NCBI GenBank assembly: GCA_002269645.1
Contig: NIVC01000723.1
Span: 290,729-354,728 of the forward strand
Length of the DNA: 64,000 bases
Direction of reading: 5' to 3'
From: Macrostomum lignano
Taxonomy: Eukaryota
Of this stretch, positions 57,401 through 64,000 are shown piece after piece. The stretch's first letter is position 1. Each line of letters starts with the position of its first letter. The notes beneath the pieces are model-generated. The model had not been told where the DNA came from. It searched no databases and saw only the letters and a program-made list of their open reading frames with translations. The position numbers were made by a program, and so were the translations under genes.

Positions 57401-58081
57401 AGGCCTCCTTACGAGTACAAGAGCATGTCGGCTTTCACACTTTCTCTCAGACCAGCTACCATAGCAGGTACTCAAGTGTGCCAATTGTGCACCAACATGC
57501 TGATAAATGCATTGAGAAACAGGAGCCAGAGCGGAACCGACTCAATAGGGGGAATTTTTCGGCACAAAAGAAGCCGCCGCAACGAAAATGATAAAAGCAG
57601 AGAGGGATTCGGGAAGAGAGCAAAATAGGATGGGAAAACTGGGGAGGGGGGATTCAAGAGTGTTGCTGCCTATCTGGAAGGCAAGCGACCTTCCTGTTCG
57701 CAAGTGGCTGCACTGGGGAAGTGAGAGGCTACAGAGAGGCAGTTGTGTGTGGGTTGAGTTTGTGACACTGCAGCGGGGCCGGTCACGGTCAGTGGGTGTC
57801 CGTGGCTTCCCTGCGGGGTGGGAGGTTGAGGCGAGGTTCAACAGCCTCTCGATGCGTGGTAACTCATTATTTGGGTCGGCCATTAGCTGGAGTGTGACGG
57901 GGGGCTGCCACCAGCCACTGCTCCCAGTGCAGTCCTGCTTGATTGACTTTTCCAGCATCAGCGCGACGAGATGAAGGAGCTGCTGGGGCTGGGCAGGAGG
58001 GCGATGCAGCTCTGAAGAGGCTGGGGTCCCGGTCAGGTGGGCGTGCGAATAACCAGCGATTCTTAAAGTTGCCCCCTCTGA

Positions 58082-58733
<652 letters not shown>

Positions 58734-59448
58734 TTTACATTCCAAGCAAGAATCAATGTCAGAAAAACAGTTCTATTTAATAGTTAACGATAATTTCAAG
58801 TAGGAACTACGAGTAGCTACCAATTTCCAACAAGAAAAAGCTTTTACTTATATTTTGTTGCAGCAGATTAGAACAGCATCGCAGAATTGGGATAGATAAC
58901 TAACAAACGCCCTTGGCTTGGCCCCATCAAACTGAGAAAATGAGAATCTCTCCTGGACCAGGTGGGGGCCGGAGGCTGAGTGTACCTGTGTGCACAATGC
59001 ATGTCGCAGAAATTTCATCAAGCAACAGGGAACACGGCAGCAGGACAACACAAACAGGTCGCGGTAGAAACAGAATGAAAAGCGAATTCCGGTGCCCCCC
59101 CGTTCGATAATCAGTTTATCACAAAGCAGTTTTATCAATTTGTTGAGATAATTAAACACACGAATAAATCGATCGAATAAACAGAAATATATAGAAACAG
59201 ACTAGCGACAGTGGAGCATTTTAGTCAAATATGCAGCGCATTGAACCCCTGCCCAGTGCAAGCCGAAGCATCCGAGTATGGTAACGCAAAGAAGAAACTT
59301 TACAGATTGAAATTTAATAAAAAGAAGATTCGAGCTTTCGGGAATTGGGGGGGGGGGAGAGCAGAAAGGCGGGACAATTCAGTTCAGTGAGTAATACTTC
59401 GACTGTTGTCAGTTGTGAATTGGGTTTAGGAGGCCGAACCCCGCGCAG

Positions 59449-62400
59449 TCAGGTGTCAATCTCCTCCGGTTTCGGGCTGTCCACTGCCGGCTCGTCGGTG
59501 GGAGATCGCGAGCCGTCGCCCTCGGAGGCGGCGCCGACCGCGGCGGCTGGAGGTGCCGACAGCTTCGGGTAGTTGTTGTTCTGCAGGCCGAATCCGCGGT
59601 GCACCAGGTGGTGGTGGTGGTGGTGGTGGTGGCGGTGGTGCGGCGAGTTCAGCGGCAGACCGGGTCGCATGGCTGCGGCGGCAGCTGCGGCGGCAGCTAC
59701 GGCTGCGGACTGCAGATGCGACTGCAGATGCCGGTCCTTCATGCATTTGCGCATGTGCTTCTCCAGGGTGCTGGGCACCGTGTAGGGCGTGTTGCAGTAC
59801 TTGCACACGTAGGAGGCCTTGCCATCGCGGCCGTGGGTTTTCATGTGCCTCGTCAGCTTGCTGCTCTGGGCGCAGGCGTAGTTGCACAGCCGGCATTTGT
59901 ACGGCTTTTCTCCCGTGTGGCTGCGTCGGTGGACAGTCAGGTTGGAGCAGTTCTTGAATATCTTGCCGCAGTATTCGCAGGTGTCGCTGCGTCGGTCTCG
60001 GGCGGCCGCGGCCATGGCGGCAGCAGCCGCTGCCGCAGCGGCTGACGATGGAGTGCCGTCCTCGCTGAGGTCGCTTCCTGCTGGAGAAACCGGCTGCGGC
60101 GGAGGCGGCGGCGGCGGCGGCGTCCTGGACCGGTGGCGCCGATGATGCACCTGTGACTGTCGGTGCATCGGTGAAGTTGGCGAACGCATCAGCGCCGAGG
60201 TGCTGACGCCGTTACAGCGGGCGCCGCCTCCAGCGGAAGCCGACGACAAATTGCCGCTGCTGTTGGCGGCGCCGCCGACTTTCGCTTCTCGGGGCGGCGG
60301 CGGCGGCGGTGGCTGCGGAGGCAGCTGCGAATGGCGATGATGCGGCCGCTGCGGCGAGTGCAGAGCGTCGGAGAGCTGCGGCCGCGGCGGGCTGGTGTAC
60401 CCCCTGCCTGCCGAGGCGGCCGACGCAGTCAGCGGGGAGGCTGCCGTCGAAGACTTCGGCAGGAAGCTGGCAAAAGCGGACAGCGCCGCAGCCGACGCTG
60501 GCGGGGGCTGCTTGCCGAAGGCGGCCGCCGCTGCTGCCGCCGCAGCTGCCGCCATCGCCGCCGAAGTTGGACGCGGCGTTGAAGTCCTTGAGCTGGCCGC
60601 GTAGAAGTCGCTGAGCATGTGCGGCAGGTTCCACAGCGGGTGGTGCAACTGCTGACGTTGAGAGGCGGACGCTGGCGGTTGCAGTGGCGGCTGCTGCTGC
60701 ACAGGAGGCTGCGGCAGCGACAGCAGAGAGTGCGGATGCTGCTGGGGGTGCGGCAGACTCCCCGCAGGCTCGGAGTCGAGACGAGGCCGTTTGGACAGTG
60801 GGTGCCAATCGAATGGGTCGGGTTGTACGGCGTGATGAAGGGTCTGTAGAGGTAGGACTCCAGCGCCGAGCGGGGAAACGCACTGCCGCTGCCGCTACCG
60901 CCGCCGCCGCCGCTAGGAGGGAAGGCGCCAGCGGCCATCGCGGCAGCGGCCGCCGCAGCCGCAGCGCCCGGGTGCCGGAAGGGGCTGCCAACGCCGAAAG
61001 CGGCCGCGGCGGCGGCGGCGAGCGAGGCGGCGGCTGCCACAGAAGATGTCGCCTCTCCGTTGCTGACGGAAGTCGACGAAGTCGGCACCGACGGAGCCGC
61101 CGATACGGTTGGCGAAATCTGCGGCGGCAGCGTCGGCGGAGGCGGCCGCGGTGGCGCTGGCGGAGGCGGCGGGCGAGGGAGCGGAGGAGCTGGTCGGTCC
61201 GACTGTCGTTTCTGATGAGGCGGCGGCGGAGGCGGTGGCAACGACGGAGGCGGCGGAGGCAGCGATGAAGGAGGCGGCGCCGGCTGCTGCTGCTGCTGCT
61301 TCTGTGACGGCAGCGGCGGAGAAGCTTCAGGCGAGGACGACGTCGCCCTGTCTTTGTTGCTCTTCGGCGAATGACTGGACGACGCCGGCTCCTCCAGTTC
61401 GAGCGCCGGCGCGCTGGACGGCCGACTCGTCGGAGCCGCTGCCGCCGGCCAGCCGCCGGTTTAGCCGGTTCGAGCTTGGACTTCGGCACCGGCTTTCGGT
61501 CTTCACCGTCTCGGCCGCGGCAGCGGCGGCAGCGGCGGCGGCAACGCCGTGAGCTCTCAGCAGCCGCTGTGCCCACAGGAATGAGTTGGTGTCGTATGGA
61601 TCTCCAACGGCGAGCCGCTCCCGGCGTCGCTGCCGCCTCTGCAATGACGCCTCGTCCGCCTCCGTTGCCTCCTTCGAGCCTTCCGCCTCGACGTCTTGCT
61701 CTACACCGTCTTCTTCTTGCTGATCCTCTTCTTCAAGATCCTCGTCTTCATCTTCGTCTATCTCGTCTGGTTCGTCCTCGTCATCTTCTGGCTCGTCGGC
61801 GTCATCGGCGGTGGCCAGGAAGATCTCCATGGCGTGCTGGTATTGTGCGTGCTGCATCAGCCGCCAGGCGGAGTAAAACGTGGCCTTGCAGGACTGGCAG
61901 ACGAACAGGCCGGGCTCTGGGTTGGGGTTTTGGGTTGTGAGGGTTGCGATTAGCTGGGTAGCTCGATTGTCAAATGTCTCACTTTTGCTGTGATCTAATG
62001 GCGCTTTTCCTTTCATCTGATGGCGCTTCTCCTGACATCTAATGACGCTTTCCTGAATCCTGGAATCTAATGACGCTTTTCCTTTCATCTGATGGCGCTT
62101 TTTCTGACATCGAATGGCGCTTTTCCTGGCGTCTAATGGCGCTTCTCCTGACATCTAATGACGCTTTTCCTGGAATCTAATGACGCTTTTCCTGGAATCT
62201 AATGACGCTTTTCCTGGAATCTAATGTCGCTTTTCCTTTCATCTGATGGCGCTTTTCCTGACATCGAATGGCGCTTTTCCTGACGTCTAATGGCGCTTCT
62301 CCTGACATCTAATGACGCTTTTCCTGGAATCTAATGGCGCTTCTCCTGACAGCTAATGACGCGTTTCCTGGAATCTAATGTCGCTTTTCCTGGAATCTAA

Positions 62401-62838
62401 TGTCGCTTTTCCTTTCATCTGATGGCGCTTTTCCTGACATCGAATGGCGCTTTTCCTGACGTCTAATGGCGCTTCTCCTGACATCTAATGACGCTTTTCC
62501 TGGAATCTAATGGCGCTTTTCTTTTCATCTAATGGCACTTTTCCTGACATCTAATGGCGCTTTTCCTGGCATTCCTCTGACATATTTTTCCTGACAACTG
62601 ACATCTAAATTGAAACTTGATTTTCCACAAAAAAAGCATTTAAACAAAAATAATTGCTTGAGCAGTTGAGCAGCTCACCTGAGTAGTGCGTATTCGTGCC
62701 GACGTCCTTCAGAGCAGTGCGCCGCCGATTCTCGCCAACTTCAGCGCTTGATGCTGCCGGCGCAGACCCGGGCTCCGTCGGGCCCGTCCTCGCCACTCGC
62801 TGCGGTCATTCTCGGCTCAATCTCAAATTTGGTCGCTT
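59449..62838 (-). CDS. BCL11A: BCL11 (CTIP)-family C2H2 zinc-finger gene, 3' part; frame interrupted in this sequence
   Basis: C-terminal triple finger [50 protein letters not shown]...CKYCNTPY...TLEKHMRKC; single finger [31 protein letters not shown]; exon ending DVGTNTHYS (donor after 62679) splices in phase 1 to an acceptor at 61916. The symbol indicates the family only; A versus B cannot be resolved. Confidence 0.85.
61990..62575. repeat. ~22-bp minisatellite in a BCL11 intron
   Basis: TCTAATGACGCTTTTCCTGGAA and variants. Confidence 0.93.
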
Positions 62839-64000
62839 CTGCAAGACAGAAATAGAGTTTTATGTTATATTTATCGGCAATGGAAACAAAGACCTTTGCT
62901 CCAGTACTCTGCAATCCTTGTTCTAATCATGCCTTTAAATCTCTGTGCCGTCCTCGCACGGGCCTCTCTGGTCTACTTATTATGCTTTTTTCGAATTCGT
63001 CTTCGAGTGGCCGAGAGGGTCTGGGAGGGGGCGGCGGGGTCGCCGGCCGTGAGAAACCGGACAGATGCGGCGGCGACTACTGGGCGAAATGGCGAATGAG
63101 GGTGGGTGGGCGAGGGGAAGTGGACCCAGGCCAGCCCCCACCCCACCCTTAGCCCTGAGTTTTTTGTTCGGGAAAAAAAGAAAATGGACAAATGAAATCC
63201 GAGGTCGGGGCCCCGCGCTCCGCCCCCCGCCGCGGGGGCCAACGCCGAAAAAACAGGGGGTGTGGGGGGGGCCGCCTGTCACTTAAAGTCAACCTTCGAC
63301 CCTCAGGTTTGGCGTCAATCACTACTGGCTGGCTGGCGGTGGAAATTCGAACCCCGGGCTTTGCTTCGTTGTTGTCATATTCCCCTCCCGCTCTCGCACT
63401 CGGAGAGCTGCTTCTCTGGTTTGGATTTTGTTTCATACGTCAGTGCCTGGCAACAGAGCCAGACTTCTAGTCAGTCCCGAGTTTGAGTGCTTGTTCGAGG
63501 CGTCCAAAAATATGAGGGGCGTTTTTTTCTCTCAATCGAACAACATCGGAGATTATTACTTGGCTCTCAGGTGGAATTCCGCTTCAAGCGGAGAGCCCTT
63601 CATCGTTCGGTAGGTCAGGAGGTGCTCGAGCAGTCCGCTTGAGCGACTGTCGGAGTCCACTGGAGATTCAGCCAGCCGAGTGGGTTTTCACGCCACAGTA
63701 CTCAGGGCAGCTCATTTTTTTAACAACTTGATTTATTATCAAGAAAAGAGTTTGAAATGTTGACCAGTACTGCACATGCCTTGGCTTGTCAAGTTAGCAA
63801 ACACGCATCATCGGGGGTGGGGGGTTTGGTTATGACCGCGATCTCCGATCTTTGTCTACTCAACTTTAAAACGATCTACGAGACGTCGTGGTTGAAAGAA
63901 TTTGCTCAAAGATCCTCCTTATCTAGCCAATAATCTGCAGACCGCTTCCTTCTTTCGATGTTTTCTCTTCCTCTTGACGGCATTCCACATCGCCACAGCA

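Noticed and set aside
59345-63613. Many overlapping plus-strand and alternative-frame ORFs around BCL11
   Set aside because: Shadow ORFs of GC-rich, triplet-repeat-rich sequence with no recognisable domains.

Overview
Repeat-rich eukaryotic (metazoan) genomic DNA. The GT-AG genes, Ala/Gln/Gly-run-rich proteins and minisatellite-filled introns resemble a free-living flatworm such as Macrostomum; this is inference and no search was run. Three host genes are present: a 2-exon DCP2 decapping-enzyme gene (+, 9683-12122), a 12-13-exon CLASRP/SFRS16 splicing-regulator gene (+, 17100-49935), and a BCL11-family zinc-finger gene (-, about 59449-62838) whose reading frame is broken in this sequence. Mobile DNA: (i) a pol-less Ty3/gypsy-like LTR element (1-5399) with a tRNA-Leu PBS, a gag-like ORF, an unexplained accessory ORF, and serial PBS copies plus an anti-PBS in U5; (ii) a tRNA-derived SINE with a 16-bp TSD; (iii) the most notable feature, a two-ORF Neptune-type Penelope-like element (4501-bp unit plus a 5'-truncated tandem copy) inserted antisense into a (GATA)n array in CLASRP intron 1. 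That element carries a minimal hammerhead ribozyme in each copy, an ORF1 with an SGNH/GDSL-like domain, and an A_AAA_AAC slippery site that would fuse ORF1 to the RT/GIY-YIG ORF by -1 frameshifting. More than 25 distinct micro/minisatellite arrays fill introns and spacers; most long ORFs in the supplied track are artefacts of these.
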